Positions 1-8,811 of a DNA stretch of 62,323 nt are shown here, one piece after another. The position numbers were made by a program, and so were the translations under genes. The DNA lies in the IMG/VR virus record IMGVR_UViG_3300006916_000050, positions 1 to 62,323 of that record. One strand, 5' to 3'. The stretch is from a virus. Lineage: Duplodnaviria; Caudoviricetes. Numbering within the stretch: the first letter of the stretch is position 1; each line of letters begins with the position of its first letter. Under the pieces are notes generated by a model. That model saw only the letters and a list, made by a program, of their open reading frames with translations. It ran no database searches and was not told the DNA's origin.

Positions 1-349
1 GCACTCGATGTAGCAGGTCGTCTCGTCGCCCGTTGTTTCGTCGACCTCTACTTCGTCCTTGAGGAAGACCATCGTCAGAGCCTTGCGTCCGGCGACGATC
101 TCCTGCTCCCAATTTACAATGTCCTCCGCCATGTAGGTCGTGATGTATGGAACGTCGGCGACTGTTGCGAATTCAGGGAAGTCGAGGAGCATACCGTAGC
201 GCCCGAGCGACAGAACCTCGCGGATGACCTCGTCGATCATCACGTTGATCGGGGTCGCGTCGGACGTCGTTGCGGCGATCATTGGCTCGAGCTTGTCTGG
301 CACGTTGATGATCGGGTCGTTGCGCATGGCAAGGCCGACCATGCCGCGC
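1..349. repeat. Terminal direct overlap, copy 1 (circular genome / assembly overlap)
   Basis: 1-349 matches 61975-62323 apart from 6 substitutions; the portal ORF is continuous across the join. Confidence 0.95.
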
Positions 350-558
350 AGCGTGCGCTCGGTAGCCGGGAAGAAGTACGAGCGGGTCTTATAGGCTTCG
401 TATTGCTTCGGCGTGAGCCCGGAAGGCTTCGGCAGGTAGAGCTCGCCCTGTTGCTTGACGGCGTCCTCGCCCTCGATCGCCTCGCGAATCTTGATCCACT
501 GCGACAAGCGGGTTCCGTAGGACGTGTCTGTCAGGGTCGTGCTCGTGATCGTAGCCAT
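1..558 (-). CDS. Portal protein (DUF4055-like), 5' part
   Basis: ATG at 558 after AGGAG; MATITSTT...AIEGEDAVKQQGELYLPKPSG...YEAYKTRSYFFPATERTLRGMVG continues in frame into 61090..62316. Confidence 0.88.
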   Translation of the reverse strand, partial: MATITSTTLTDTSYGTRLSQWIKIREAIEGEDAVKQQGELYLPKPSGLTPKQYEAYKTRSYFFPATERTLRGMVGLAMRNDPIINVPDKLEPMIAATTSDATPINVMIDEVIREVLSLGRYGMLLDFPEFATVADVPYITTYMAEDIVNWEQEIVAGRKALTMVFLKDEVEVDETTGDETTCYIEC

Positions 559-567
559 TACGGGCTC

Positions 568-765
568 CTAATTGTTGAACAGGGGACCGAGTCTCTCTGC
601 CCGTCTGCAGCTGTCGATCAGCTTCTTGATTTCCGGCACAGAATAGCGCCCAGAGAGCCTCGCGTCCAGAATTATTGCTGCCGCCGCCATATCGACGGAG
701 AATTCATCGCGAATCCTCGCCTGTAGCTTTGCTCGCGCCGTTCGATTTAACCGTGATGTCGACAT
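568..765 (-). CDS. Hypothetical protein
   Basis: ORF track; stop lies next to the portal RBS. Confidence 0.5.
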   Translation of the reverse strand: MSTSRLNRTARAKLQARIRDEFSVDMAAAAIILDARLSGRYSVPEIKKLIDSCRRAERLGPLFNN

Positions 766-949
766 AGTTATTCACCAGATCGTAAACCTTGGAGAGGAGG
801 AAGCCGAGCACCAGATTCGCCCAGCCGAACAGCTGCTCGGGGACGTGGCCGGTCTTGGCCAGTGTGCCGAGCGCCACGATCAGAACCGACATGCACGTCA
901 CGATCGACAGGAACCATCCCGACAGGACGATGATGTTCGTCCACTTCAT
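704..949 (-). CDS. Small membrane protein with two hydrophobic helices (holin-like topology)
   Basis: Two hydrophobic stretches and a charged C-terminus; ATGA-coupled to the upstream gene. Confidence 0.55.
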   Translation of the reverse strand: MKWTNIIVLSGWFLSIVTCMSVLIVALGTLAKTGHVPEQLFGWANLVLGFLLSKVYDLVNNYVDITVKSNGASKATGEDSR

Positions 950-1194
950 CCCTCGAGCTCCTGACCTGCCGATGTGGTGTAAAAATACCGCATCCGACCG
1001 CCGGAGCCATGCTCGACGCGGGTCAGCTGCCCGATTATCACGTCGTCGTGATCCTTCGTCGCCTCTGCAGCGAGCTCCGGGGTTGCATAGCCGCTCGTTC
1101 TGTGAACCGGATACTCGCCGAACTTTCCGGTTCCCTTGGAGAAGGGTTTCAGCTCGTTCTTCGTGACCTTCAGAGGGTAGAACTCATATCTCAT
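946..1194 (-). CDS. Hypothetical protein
   Basis: Start moved to MRYEFY, which overlaps the upstream stop (ATGA). Confidence 0.55.
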   Translation of the reverse strand: MRYEFYPLKVTKNELKPFSKGTGKFGEYPVHRTSGYATPELAAEATKDHDDVIIGQLTRVEHGSGGRMRYFYTTSAGQELEG

Positions 1195-1430
1195 GGAATC
1201 AGCTCCATCCATTTTCGCACCTGACCGATCTTGATGTCTGCCAGCTTCAGGTTCTTGCGATTGACGCACTCCGCAGCCTGATTCATCGTGAAGGCCATCA
1301 GCGTAAACGCGAGAGGACTGCTCTCCCGGAACGCTGGCTTGATCTTGGCCATCATCTCGGTCAAGAGATCGTACCGAGCCTGCTGCTCGTCGTTAGGGTT
1401 CCCGGCGCGTTGTCGCAAATGGTTCATCAT
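1191..1430 (-). CDS. Hypothetical protein
   Basis: AAGGAG RBS; coupled ORF. Confidence 0.65.
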   Translation of the reverse strand: MMNHLRQRAGNPNDEQQARYDLLTEMMAKIKPAFRESSPLAFTLMAFTMNQAAECVNRKNLKLADIKIGQVRKWMELIP

Positions 1431-1791
1431 GGTCTCCTTCTAGCACTAGGCGTCCGTTATCGTCCACGTACGACCCGTTGATTGTCCTGAAAACGGCGAA
1501 GTTGGTTTGAGGTGCTTCTTTTTCGAGCTTGGTCATCGTATTTATGGCTTCGTTCACTGCGCCGTTCATCGTGGACGCCTTGCCCCAGCCGTCGCCATGG
1601 AAGGCAAAGTAAACAGGGCGGAAGAACCAGTTGACCGCGTCCGCGACCGTCATGAAGACACGCTTCATCTGACTGCCGTCAAGGAACTCGATCCGATAGC
1701 CGAACGCCCACGGCCGAGCATAGAATCGAACGCGCCCGCCGATAGCGACGGACCCGTGAGCTTGATCATACGTGAAGACAATGTTCGTCAT
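1393..1791 (-). CDS. Hypothetical protein
   Basis: GGAGG RBS; preceded by a promoter-like sequence. Confidence 0.65.
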   Translation of the reverse strand: MTNIVFTYDQAHGSVAIGGRVRFYARPWAFGYRIEFLDGSQMKRVFMTVADAVNWFFRPVYFAFHGDGWGKASTMNGAVNEAINTMTKLEKEAPQTNFAVFRTINGSYVDDNGRLVLEGDHDEPFATTRREP

Positions 1792-1794
1792 TGA

Positions 1795-1843
1795 ACTGGA
1801 CCTCCGAACCGGGAGAGTATCCCGGCTCGGCTTGAATGTCCAG
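1795..1843 (-). promoter_or_regulatory. Sigma70-like promoter with the -10 box in a hairpin loop
   Basis: TGGACA-17-TACTCT; CCGAGCCGGGA/TCCCGGTTCGG stem surrounds the -10. Confidence 0.5.
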
Positions 1844-1845
1844 TG

Positions 1846-2472
1846 TCATGCAGGCCGTGAGATGATGGTCTGCTTGACGCCGTTGCGCTCGCCGTGCTCC
1901 TTGACGGTAGCCTTGACTGTGAAGGTCTCGCCTTCTTCGCCCAGAACCTTGGAGCCCTTGTACACCACGTCGGCACCTGTTTCGGTGTCGGTCATCAGGT
2001 GGATGTAGCAGACGCCGAACTGGCTGTCGAAGTCGAGGAGCTTGTTCAGGGTCAGGGTGAAGTCGCGGCGAACCTTGATCTCGCCGATCCACTTGCTCGT
2101 CGCTGCGCGAGCTGCGTCGCGTGCTGCCCACTCCTTGACGCGTGCGTCGGCGTCCGAGATCATCTTCAGGGTTGCTGCAGTCTGCTTCTCGGTCAGGCCG
2201 CCCCACTCGTGGAGAGCTTCGACCATGGCGTTGAACAGGAAGCCGTTGAACGCAGCCTTGCGGGTAGGGTGCGGGTTGCTTGCGACCCACTGGCCGTCTT
2301 CGATGACCTTGGAGTCTTCGAACTCGCCGTAGCCGTGCAGGAAGGCTTCGATCAGCTTGGCTTGCTCGCCATAGGCTTCGTGCCAGCGTGCAGCGCGACC
2401 CTTGCGTGCGTTGTTGCGGATGTTGCGCTCTTTGCCGTTTTCGTAGGCTGCTGAATTGTGGATCATGGTCAT
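1846..2472 (-). CDS. Early hypothetical protein, possible C-terminal OB-fold
   Basis: AAGGA RBS after an early promoter; beta-rich C-terminus TFTVKATVKEHGERNGVKQTIISRP. Confidence 0.7.
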   Translation of the reverse strand: MTMIHNSAAYENGKERNIRNNARKGRAARWHEAYGEQAKLIEAFLHGYGEFEDSKVIEDGQWVASNPHPTRKAAFNGFLFNAMVEALHEWGGLTEKQTAATLKMISDADARVKEWAARDAARAATSKWIGEIKVRRDFTLTLNKLLDFDSQFGVCYIHLMTDTETGADVVYKGSKVLGEEGETFTVKATVKEHGERNGVKQTIISRPA

Positions 2473-2505
2473 GGTCGTTTTCCTTTTCTGTGTTTCGATC
2501 TGTCC

Positions 2506-2556
2506 ACCATAGCGAAAAACGGGACCGTGTAAACAGTCCCGTTCGTCCATGGTTAA
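2506..2556 (-). promoter_or_regulatory. Early promoter cassette (CtrA-like box, -35 in hairpin, -10)
   Basis: TTAACCAT-15-TTTACA-16-TATGGT; AACGGGAC/GTCCCGTT stem followed by a T-tract. Confidence 0.8.
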
Positions 2557-2584
2557 CAAATGGCCATGAGTGACATATACGTTA

Positions 2585-2977
2585 CTATCCGATCGCCGGG
2601 GTGATCAGGCAGCGGGGTCGCATCATCGCCAGCCGGGGTCCGTCGGGGTGCGCCTTCGTCAGGCATATCCACCAATGCTCGTCGATCCCCATGGTGGTGT
2701 CGTCGACCGGCCATCTGTACGTGCGATCGCCGTACACGACGATCCAGTGCTCGCCATCGAGGACAGGGTCGACCTTGACACGCTTGCAGTCGCCATCCGG
2801 CTCGCAACAGTCGATCGAGTTCTTCGGGTGCGTCATGGTCTGGAGCCACTGGTGCGGTCCAGTGCTATGCGTCAGAGCGTTCGATGCCGCCCATGCCATC
2901 AGGAACAGTGCCAGAGCTCCGACGAACACCAGCTGAATCAGTGCGAGCATGATCAGGCGGAGTGCGAGTACCATCAC
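2585..2977 (-). CDS. Exported or membrane-anchored Cys-rich hypothetical protein
   Basis: Hydrophobic N-terminus; CCEPDGDC plus further Cys residues. Confidence 0.6.
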   Translation of the reverse strand: MMVLALRLIMLALIQLVFVGALALFLMAWAASNALTHSTGPHQWLQTMTHPKNSIDCCEPDGDCKRVKVDPVLDGEHWIVVYGDRTYRWPVDDTTMGIDEHWWICLTKAHPDGPRLAMMRPRCLITPAIG

Positions 2978-3048
2978 AGGGGAGTCCTTGTACCGGAAGG
3001 GTTGAATCTCCCGGACCTTACCAGAGGCAGGTCTCCGGGTCGATAAGT

Positions 3049-3080
3049 AAAAACGCCCCAGAGCGTGAGCGCTGGAGCGT
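3049..3080 (-). terminator. Intrinsic terminator
   Basis: AACGCTCCAG...CTGGGGCGTT followed by a T-tract on the minus strand. Confidence 0.7.
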
Positions 3081-3104
3081 TGTTCCTTCCTGTGGTTGTT
3101 TACG

Positions 3105-3260
3105 TTACGCGGCGGACGTGGCGATCTGCTTCAGGAACAGGTTGTAGGCGACGCCGTGGCCTGCTTTGACCTGCTCGCATACCTTGAGAGCGTTGAAGCC
3201 GTATTTCCGAGCCACTACGAGGACTGCGGTGGTGATCTGCTTGCGTTCGGTGTTTGACAT
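3105..3260 (-). CDS. Small monocistronic early gene (51 aa)
   Basis: AAGGAG RBS; own promoter and terminator. Confidence 0.7.
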   Translation of the reverse strand: MSNTERKQITTAVLVVARKYGFNALKVCEQVKAGHGVAYNLFLKQIATSAA

Positions 3261-3291
3261 TGTCGGTCTCCTTGATTGATTTGATGCCCCG

Positions 3292-3344
3292 ATCGTAACC
3301 ACGGCCGGGAGGAGATTGCAATCAATGCCTGCGCATGTGGTTAA
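3292..3344 (-). promoter_or_regulatory. Promoter with CtrA-like box
   Basis: TTAACCAC-15-TTGCAA-18-TACGAT. Confidence 0.7.
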
Positions 3345-4166
3345 TTATTCGTCGACGACGACCATCTCGAAGTGTCCCGCGAGGCTCGAGGCAGCTGTAG
3401 CCGTCGCCCGGAGATGTATGTTCGTCAGCTCGGTGAGCCGGTCGATGAAGGCCGTGGCGTCGTGGCTCAGTTGCGGTGCGCCGGTGCTCACAGTGCCTTC
3501 GATGATGCGCCGACGGGGAGCCCATGAGGGGTTGCCGACCGTTGCGCCCTGTGCAAGCTCGGCGATTTCGATGAATACGGCCGCCGTTCGTGCCGACCCG
3601 GTCGTCGCCGCGCCCATGTACGCCTCATAGTTGTTGATGTATGCGACCTTGCCAGACGGCACGGTGTAGAGCGCCTTCTCGGTTTGCTGCGCTGCGTTGG
3701 TGAAGTCGATCTTCGCGTGAATCTTGGTTGCCGTGTCAGGGACGCCGGTCGTCAGGGTGTCGCTCTCTGCGATGTAGACGTCCGAGCCGGGATCGGGAGA
3801 CGCCGAGACCTGATACGAGCGGTTGATGCGGAGCCATGTCTGCGCTCCGCCCGCTGCGTCCTTGATCTCTGCCTGCGCGGTGCCGTTGAGGGTAACGAAG
3901 CCGGTCTGCGCCTTCCAGTCAGGTCCGAGCCCTTGAACGATCAGGACTTGCGTCGCTGCGCCACCGGCGGACGCGTACATGGTAGCCGCCGTTGTCAGGA
4001 GGGTCTCCTCGCCGCCTTGGTTCCAGAGGTCTTCCTCTGTGGTGGAGACGGCAGGGTTCGCGCCGAACTTGCGGACGACTTGCACGCCGCTGATCTCGCC
4101 AGCCGAGACGCGATAGCGCCAGCTCTCAGGGTACTTTTCCATGAAATCGAGCGGGGAGTATGACAT
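3345..4166 (-). CDS. Putative virion structural protein (beta-rich)
   Basis: Gly/Thr/Ala-rich; KFGANPAVSTTEEDLWNQGG resembles common phage structural hypotheticals. Confidence 0.55.
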   Translation of the reverse strand: MSYSPLDFMEKYPESWRYRVSAGEISGVQVVRKFGANPAVSTTEEDLWNQGGEETLLTTAATMYASAGGAATQVLIVQGLGPDWKAQTGFVTLNGTAQAEIKDAAGGAQTWLRINRSYQVSASPDPGSDVYIAESDTLTTGVPDTATKIHAKIDFTNAAQQTEKALYTVPSGKVAYINNYEAYMGAATTGSARTAAVFIEIAELAQGATVGNPSWAPRRRIIEGTVSTGAPQLSHDATAFIDRLTELTNIHLRATATAASSLAGHFEMVVVDE

Positions 4167-4170
4167 CAGG

Positions 4171-4296
4171 CTAGTCCTTCGACGGTGTGAAGACTGCGAT
4201 CATCGAGACCAGCGCCGTGTAAACGCAGCTGAAGATCACAGCGCCAGAGAGCGTTGCGAATATGACTGCGAGGGCTGCGATTATTGGCTCAATCAT
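4171..4296 (-). CDS. Small membrane peptide (41 aa)
   Basis: MIEPIIAALAVIFATLSG..., read manually, not in the ORF track. Confidence 0.5.
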   Translation of the reverse strand: MIEPIIAALAVIFATLSGAVIFSCVYTALVSMIAVFTPSKD

Positions 4297-4426
4297 TGCT
4301 GTAGCGTCCTTTTCTGAATCGGCGGCGCTCTAGCATGTACAGCACGAAGGCCGCCACGAAGGCCGCCACGGCCACGGCCATGAAAGCGATGATCGTGAGG
4401 GCCATGATGTTGAGAACGGTCATCAT
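4289..4426 (-). CDS. Small membrane peptide (45 aa)
   Basis: Hydrophobic helix and basic tail; TGATG coupling. Confidence 0.55.
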   Translation of the reverse strand: MMTVLNIMALTIIAFMAVAVAAFVAAFVLYMLERRRFRKGRYSND

Positions 4427-4554
4427 CAGCGCCGAGCCCATACGTCCGCGATCCATGTCTTGACGCTCTCGATTGGCTTGTCGGACCATGCCGGACGCTT
4501 GAAGAATATCCAGCCGATGCCGAATCCGAGTGCAATTAGTGCGATTTCGTTCAT
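4426..4554 (-). CDS. Small membrane peptide (42 aa)
   Basis: AGGAG RBS; MNEIALIALGFGIGWIFFKRP..., read manually. Confidence 0.6.
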   Translation of the reverse strand: MNEIALIALGFGIGWIFFKRPAWSDKPIESVKTWIADVWARR

Positions 4555-4563
4555 GGTGAGCTC

Positions 4564-5907
4564 CTAGTAAGCATTTTCGATGGTGTGCGATCTTACACCA
4601 GCATCTCCGATCATGCAATGCGTCAATGCCCAGACCATTGCGTCGAGCCTGTCCGGCGATCCATCGCCCGAGAGGGGTTCCCATGCACAGAGTTGATCCT
4701 CGAGCGTAGGCAGTGAGCCTGCGATGTGCGCTCGGCTTTGCTCAAACAGTGCTGCGACCGGCTCTGCCCGAGCGTATTTCCCCCTCGATGCGTGCACGAT
4801 GGTCACTGGCACGTTGCGATCGTTGGTGTGGAGGGTGTGCCGGACCATCTCGCCGCCTTGGTTTCCTTCCGCGACGATCCGATCGGCTTTCCATGTGGTG
4901 TACGCGTGGATCGCCTTGCTCGACCACTCGGCCGGGGAATAGACGCCCGAATAGTCTGCCAGAACGTAGCCATGGCCCAGATTCGTGATACCTGCGACGA
5001 TTATGCCGCACTCGTTGCTCGATCCCTTGTTGGCAGTGATGGCAGGATCGACGCCGACCACGATCCGGGTGAAGTGCTCGCCTTCTCCGGGGTGCTTCCG
5101 GGTCACATCGAGGAGCTCCCTGTTCCAGAGCGCGCCCTCCGCCTGCTTGAGCATCATCCCGAGGAGCTCCTGCTGTCCGAGCCGGGTCCCTTCGTATTTC
5201 TTGATGATGTTGTCGAAGAACGATTGCGCCAAGTTGGAGCGATTGGCGTATGTCGAGCTCGTCGTCATGTGCGTCGTGGGGTCTTCCATCAGGTCGACGA
5301 TGAACTTCTTCGGCTTCGGTGTCGTGGTAGCGAACGAGAACGGCCGCCGACCGAGGCGTAGGCCGAACGCTGCCAAGTCCCACGTTTCCGGGTATTTCCA
5401 TGCTGCGATCTCGTCTGCCCAGATGAATTGGTGCTGCGGACCACGTAGCCGCTCGGGCTCGTCGGCCGAATAGAGGGTTGCGATCTGCCCTGTCTGCCAT
5501 GTGAGCCGCCGCTTCGAGGGCTCGTACGTCGGAACGCCGAGCATCCGACCGAGATGATCCCGATCCCATTTCTGGCACACTGCAAGGACGCCGGATTCGC
5601 CTTCCACCATCACGTCCCGAGCATCTCCGGCCGTTGGTGCTATGAGACCGAGCCTGTCGTAGCCCTTCGCGATCATTTGGCGAACGAGCTCGGCTCCCGT
5701 GCGGGTCTTGCCGGTGCCTCGGCCGCCGAGGTATAGCCAAGTCGACCAGTGCTCGCCTTCGGGTAGTTGTTGAGATGGCCGCGACAGGAACGTCCAGTCG
5801 TGCAGGAGCTCTTGAAGCTCGAACGGGTCAAGGGTAGCGAAGAACTCCTCCGCTTGCCCGCTGTCCAGTAGCTCTTGCAGCCTGCTTCGTTCGAGTGTTT
5901 CAGTCAT
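4564..5907 (-). CDS. terL: Terminase large subunit
   Basis: Walker A GGRGTGKT, LRGPQ, Walker B WADE, nuclease motifs VGVDPA and SPDRLDA. Confidence 0.95.
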   Translation of the reverse strand: MTETLERSRLQELLDSGQAEEFFATLDPFELQELLHDWTFLSRPSQQLPEGEHWSTWLYLGGRGTGKTRTGAELVRQMIAKGYDRLGLIAPTAGDARDVMVEGESGVLAVCQKWDRDHLGRMLGVPTYEPSKRRLTWQTGQIATLYSADEPERLRGPQHQFIWADEIAAWKYPETWDLAAFGLRLGRRPFSFATTTPKPKKFIVDLMEDPTTHMTTSSTYANRSNLAQSFFDNIIKKYEGTRLGQQELLGMMLKQAEGALWNRELLDVTRKHPGEGEHFTRIVVGVDPAITANKGSSNECGIIVAGITNLGHGYVLADYSGVYSPAEWSSKAIHAYTTWKADRIVAEGNQGGEMVRHTLHTNDRNVPVTIVHASRGKYARAEPVAALFEQSRAHIAGSLPTLEDQLCAWEPLSGDGSPDRLDAMVWALTHCMIGDAGVRSHTIENAY

Positions 5908-6247
5908 AGTCCTCGTCCTCGTCGATGTCGGTGTCAAGGTGGCCGTTCAGGAGGATGTCGTTGAGCTTCTTCAGAGCCACGTCGACCACTGCAGGCAGCA
6001 TCGAGGCCGGGAATTCCCCGTCGGTGGAGAGGTATGGCATAACACCTTGCTCGGTTACGAGGACCACGTATGCGGCGTGGACGTTCTCGTCGCCCGACTC
6101 GAGCGTGCGCTCCATGTCGTCGAGGAACGCCCGAATGTGGTCGATTCTCGGCTGCCCGCGCGGCTCCATGCTCTCCGGGTTGAACCGGTGCACAGTGAAT
6201 CCGTTCTTGTACCGCACTGTGGCGATCCTAGTCCGCGCTTCCTTCAT
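5900..6247 (-). CDS. Hypothetical protein
   Basis: GGAGG RBS; between the putative terS and terL. Confidence 0.65.
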   Translation of the reverse strand: MKEARTRIATVRYKNGFTVHRFNPESMEPRGQPRIDHIRAFLDDMERTLESGDENVHAAYVVLVTEQGVMPYLSTDGEFPASMLPAVVDVALKKLNDILLNGHLDTDIDEDEDYD

Positions 6248-6782
6248 CGTCGTCCGCCCTCCGTAGGATCAGGTCGAGCTTAGCCTGAATCGCTTCCTTG
6301 TCAACCAGAGGCGTCTCGTCCTCGATCTTGGTGTGGAGCTCCTGCGGTGGCTTCGGTTGCGTGTACTGGATGACCGTCTTGGCGGCGTTTACACGCAGCT
6401 CCATGTTCACGCGCGGCGATGCAGCGACCAGAGATAGGAACAAAAGGGGATCGAAGTGCTTTCCGAGAGGATTGCCGGGGAACTTACGCGCCACGGTCCG
6501 CTCGATCGCCCTCTTCGCGGCGTCGTGCCGGGTCAATTGGGTCTTGAGATCGTATCCTCGGTCCGCCAAGCGTTGATCCTTGCGCGGAATATCGACCCGA
6601 TCGAGCTCGGCTTCGTGAATCGAGGCGTCAAACACCTCGACGTCGAGCCCGAGATCATCATCCGCGTCCTCGTCGGTGTCGATCCAGACGTCAGAACCGC
6701 GCTCGGGAATTCCCCGGACGACGGCCGTGCGCCGCGTGGCGCGCATATTGTCGACCCGATCGCCATCATCATTATTTGCCAT
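6228..6782 (-). CDS. Putative terminase small subunit
   Basis: Upstream of terL; PLLFLSLVAASPRVNMELRVNAAKTVIQYTQPK resembles small-terminase-like proteins; GGAGG RBS. Confidence 0.6.
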   Translation of the reverse strand: MANNDDGDRVDNMRATRRTAVVRGIPERGSDVWIDTDEDADDDLGLDVEVFDASIHEAELDRVDIPRKDQRLADRGYDLKTQLTRHDAAKRAIERTVARKFPGNPLGKHFDPLLFLSLVAASPRVNMELRVNAAKTVIQYTQPKPPQELHTKIEDETPLVDKEAIQAKLDLILRRADDDEGSAD

Positions 6783-6805
6783 CACATCCTCCAGATGTTT
6801 CCATG

Positions 6806-6822
6806 ATGTAATGTTATTACAT
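6806..6822. promoter_or_regulatory. Palindromic operator-like site
   Basis: ATGTAAT-GTT-ATTACAT just upstream of the terS RBS. Confidence 0.4.
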
Positions 6823-6896
6823 GACACGCCGCCAAGCGCAACAGGATGATTCATACGCGCCGCCACCGTCCAGAAAAACCTTACCTTGCGTCGAGG

Positions 6897-6989
6897 TCCC
6901 TTAATATTCACGCCTGCGTAAAAAAGTAAAAAAATAAAAAATCCTGCGCGCACACGTTATGAAGCGAACTGTAGAACAAAGGCGGAACA
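6897..6989. repeat. 93-bp AT-rich repeat, copy A, containing a LexA-type box
   Basis: 29-bp core identical to 28113 onward; A-tracts; GAAC-N7-GAAC at 6974-6988. Confidence 0.85.
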
Positions 6990-7041
6990 CTGTATCATTT
7001 CGAGAAACCCGGAAACAACACCGGATTCCGCCCTGCCCATT

Positions 7042-7356
7042 TCACTTCGCCCGATCGCCCTTCATTTGAGCCAGAACATTGAGCCTTGCCTCCTCCAGAC
7101 CGTTGAACCACTCGTCGTCGTTCACGCTCTGACCGCACGCTTTCGATAGTTCGGACACCATCTCCTGCGGTACTTGGAACCGCCTCACATAGAACAAGGC
7201 CGCCGACATCGTGGCGATCAGAACAGTGTCCGCGATCTCCCTCTTGTCCCTCCCGTTCGCCTCGAGGAAGTCCGCGAAGCTCGTCGCCTGCGACACGATC
7301 TGCAGTGTCATCGAGTTGACATCGCTCGGTGCTTCCATTGTAGTTTCTTTGACCAT
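7042..7356 (-). CDS. Hypothetical protein
   Basis: GGAGG RBS. Confidence 0.65.
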   Translation of the reverse strand: MVKETTMEAPSDVNSMTLQIVSQATSFADFLEANGRDKREIADTVLIATMSAALFYVRRFQVPQEMVSELSKACGQSVNDDEWFNGLEEARLNVLAQMKGDRAK

Positions 7357-7357
7357 A

Positions 7358-7579
7358 TCAAGTCCTCCTGTGGTTGTTGATCCACGCGTCAATCGCGTCT
7401 TCGTCATCAGTACATGCCTCGACCATCGCGATCGCGATCGCCAAGAACGTCGCCGAGACCATGCCGACATGATGATCCTCTCCTCCGAGAGCTTTCACCA
7501 TACCGAGAGCCGTCTCCCGACCACTTCGCTCCATCTCTGTGAGCGTCGCCATGTCGTCGTCTGAAAGTCTATGTAACAC
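7358..7579 (-). CDS. Hypothetical protein
   Basis: Coupled ORF. Confidence 0.55.
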   Translation of the reverse strand: MLHRLSDDDMATLTEMERSGRETALGMVKALGGEDHHVGMVSATFLAIAIAMVEACTDDEDAIDAWINNHRRT

Positions 7580-8006
7580 CTTCGATCCTTCCGTAATGCC
7601 CCTCCATCAGGAGCCTGATTGTCGCCGCGCACTCTCTGGCACTTGGCAATATTTCGACCTTATCCTGCCATATGGCAAGAGGTATTCCATGGTAGGCTTC
7701 GTCGATCTCGTCATGGCCCGAGAACAGCGCCCAGCCGTCAGGGACCCGAGCCCAGACGATCACGAGGCCGCCCGCCCGGTGCCGTTGCGAGGCCCAGACA
7801 TTTTGCTCCCGTCGTATGCCGACCCGGACCTTCGAACTCCCGCGCTTCGGGTACTCCTTGAGCCTCTTGCCCTCCAGCCAGCACTCCATCCCTTCGGAGC
7901 AGAGGTTCGAATCTGGTATTCCGGCCGAGAACTGGTCCTCGAACCGTTGAACATGCCCCTCGAGATGCGCTCGAAGGGTCTTCCATGCGCCGGACTCAGT
8001 TGCCAC
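7569..8006 (-). CDS. PD-(D/E)xK nuclease (VRR-NUC / Holliday junction resolvase-like)
   Basis: GIPD...WLEGK...RREQNVW pattern. Confidence 0.75.
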   Translation of the reverse strand: MATESGAWKTLRAHLEGHVQRFEDQFSAGIPDSNLCSEGMECWLEGKRLKEYPKRGSSKVRVGIRREQNVWASQRHRAGGLVIVWARVPDGWALFSGHDEIDEAYHGIPLAIWQDKVEILPSARECAATIRLLMEGHYGRIEGVT

Positions 8007-8364
8007 GGATGTCTCCACTCGTCGCGAGCGATATGAGCTCCTGTACGCGTTCGATGCCGAGCCTTGCGTTGATCCTGACACTGCCGACGATCACGTAGTT
8101 ATTGAGCCTCTCGATGCCGGTCCCGCACAAATGAGCGAACACGGACTCGACCGTGGAGGTGTCCCACTTACGGACGACATTGTCGAGCGCCGCCCGGATG
8201 TTCGGGTCGTCGAACATATACTCCGTGAAGACGAACTGATTGTAACCGCCGCGCTCCTTGACGATGATCTCGCGCCTCTCCGATCGCAGGGTGGCGTCCG
8301 TAGTTGGCCAGCGCCCCCGCACTTTTTCGAGGAAGTTCCTCTTCGAATTAGTCTCTACAGTCAT
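7996..8364 (-). CDS. Hypothetical protein
   Basis: AGGAG RBS. Confidence 0.65.
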   Translation of the reverse strand: MTVETNSKRNFLEKVRGRWPTTDATLRSERREIIVKERGGYNQFVFTEYMFDDPNIRAALDNVVRKWDTSTVESVFAHLCGTGIERLNNYVIVGSVRINARLGIERVQELISLATSGDIRGN

Positions 8365-8626
8365 GATTATTACTCTCCTGTTGCTTGGTGAATTCTTTGA
8401 CTACACTTGCCTTCGATGCGTTCTGCCAAGCCCGGACCCTTCCGATCCGAGCCATCCAGAGGCCGCTCCTCCCGCTATATGGACCCACGCCGTAGACGAT
8501 CGGCTCGAGCTCTATGCGACACGATCCTCGCTTGAGGGTCGTGCCGTAGAGGCGCAGGCCGGGGATCAGCTCTTTGAGCTCCCGCACGATCCGAGATAAG
8601 TTGTCTCGATCTCCTTGTCGTGCCAC
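8348..8626 (-). CDS. Hypothetical protein (start uncertain)
   Basis: 3' part of ORF 8348..8977 fills the gap between neighbours. Confidence 0.4.
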   Translation of the reverse strand: MARQGDRDNLSRIVRELKELIPGLRLYGTTLKRGSCRIELEPIVYGVGPYSGRSGLWMARIGRVRAWQNASKASVVKEFTKQQESNNHDCRD

Positions 8627-8811
8627 CGGAGAACCATCGCGGGCTCGGCGTCTTTGCGCAGCCGTTCGATAGCCGTTCGATGCACTACGTTCACCTTGAA
8701 CTGTATCCACGCGACATTCTCCAAATGCTTGATTTGCTGCTTCAGCTTGCCGACCTTCCAGAGCGCCCAGAAAAGGATCACGGTCTGGATCACCAGAACA
8801 GCGCCGGTCAT
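8566..8811 (-). CDS. Hypothetical membrane protein
   Basis: N-terminal hydrophobic helix; ATGA coupling. Confidence 0.55.
   Translation of the reverse strand: MTGAVLVIQTVILFWALWKVGKLKQQIKHLENVAWIQFKVNVVHRTAIERLRKDAEPAMVLRWHDKEIETTYLGSCGSSKS

Noticed and set aside
1-349. Diversity-generating retroelement TR/VR pair suggested by the mismatched repeat
   Set aside because: No reverse transcriptase gene, mismatches are not confined to adenines, and the repeat is simply the circular overlap.
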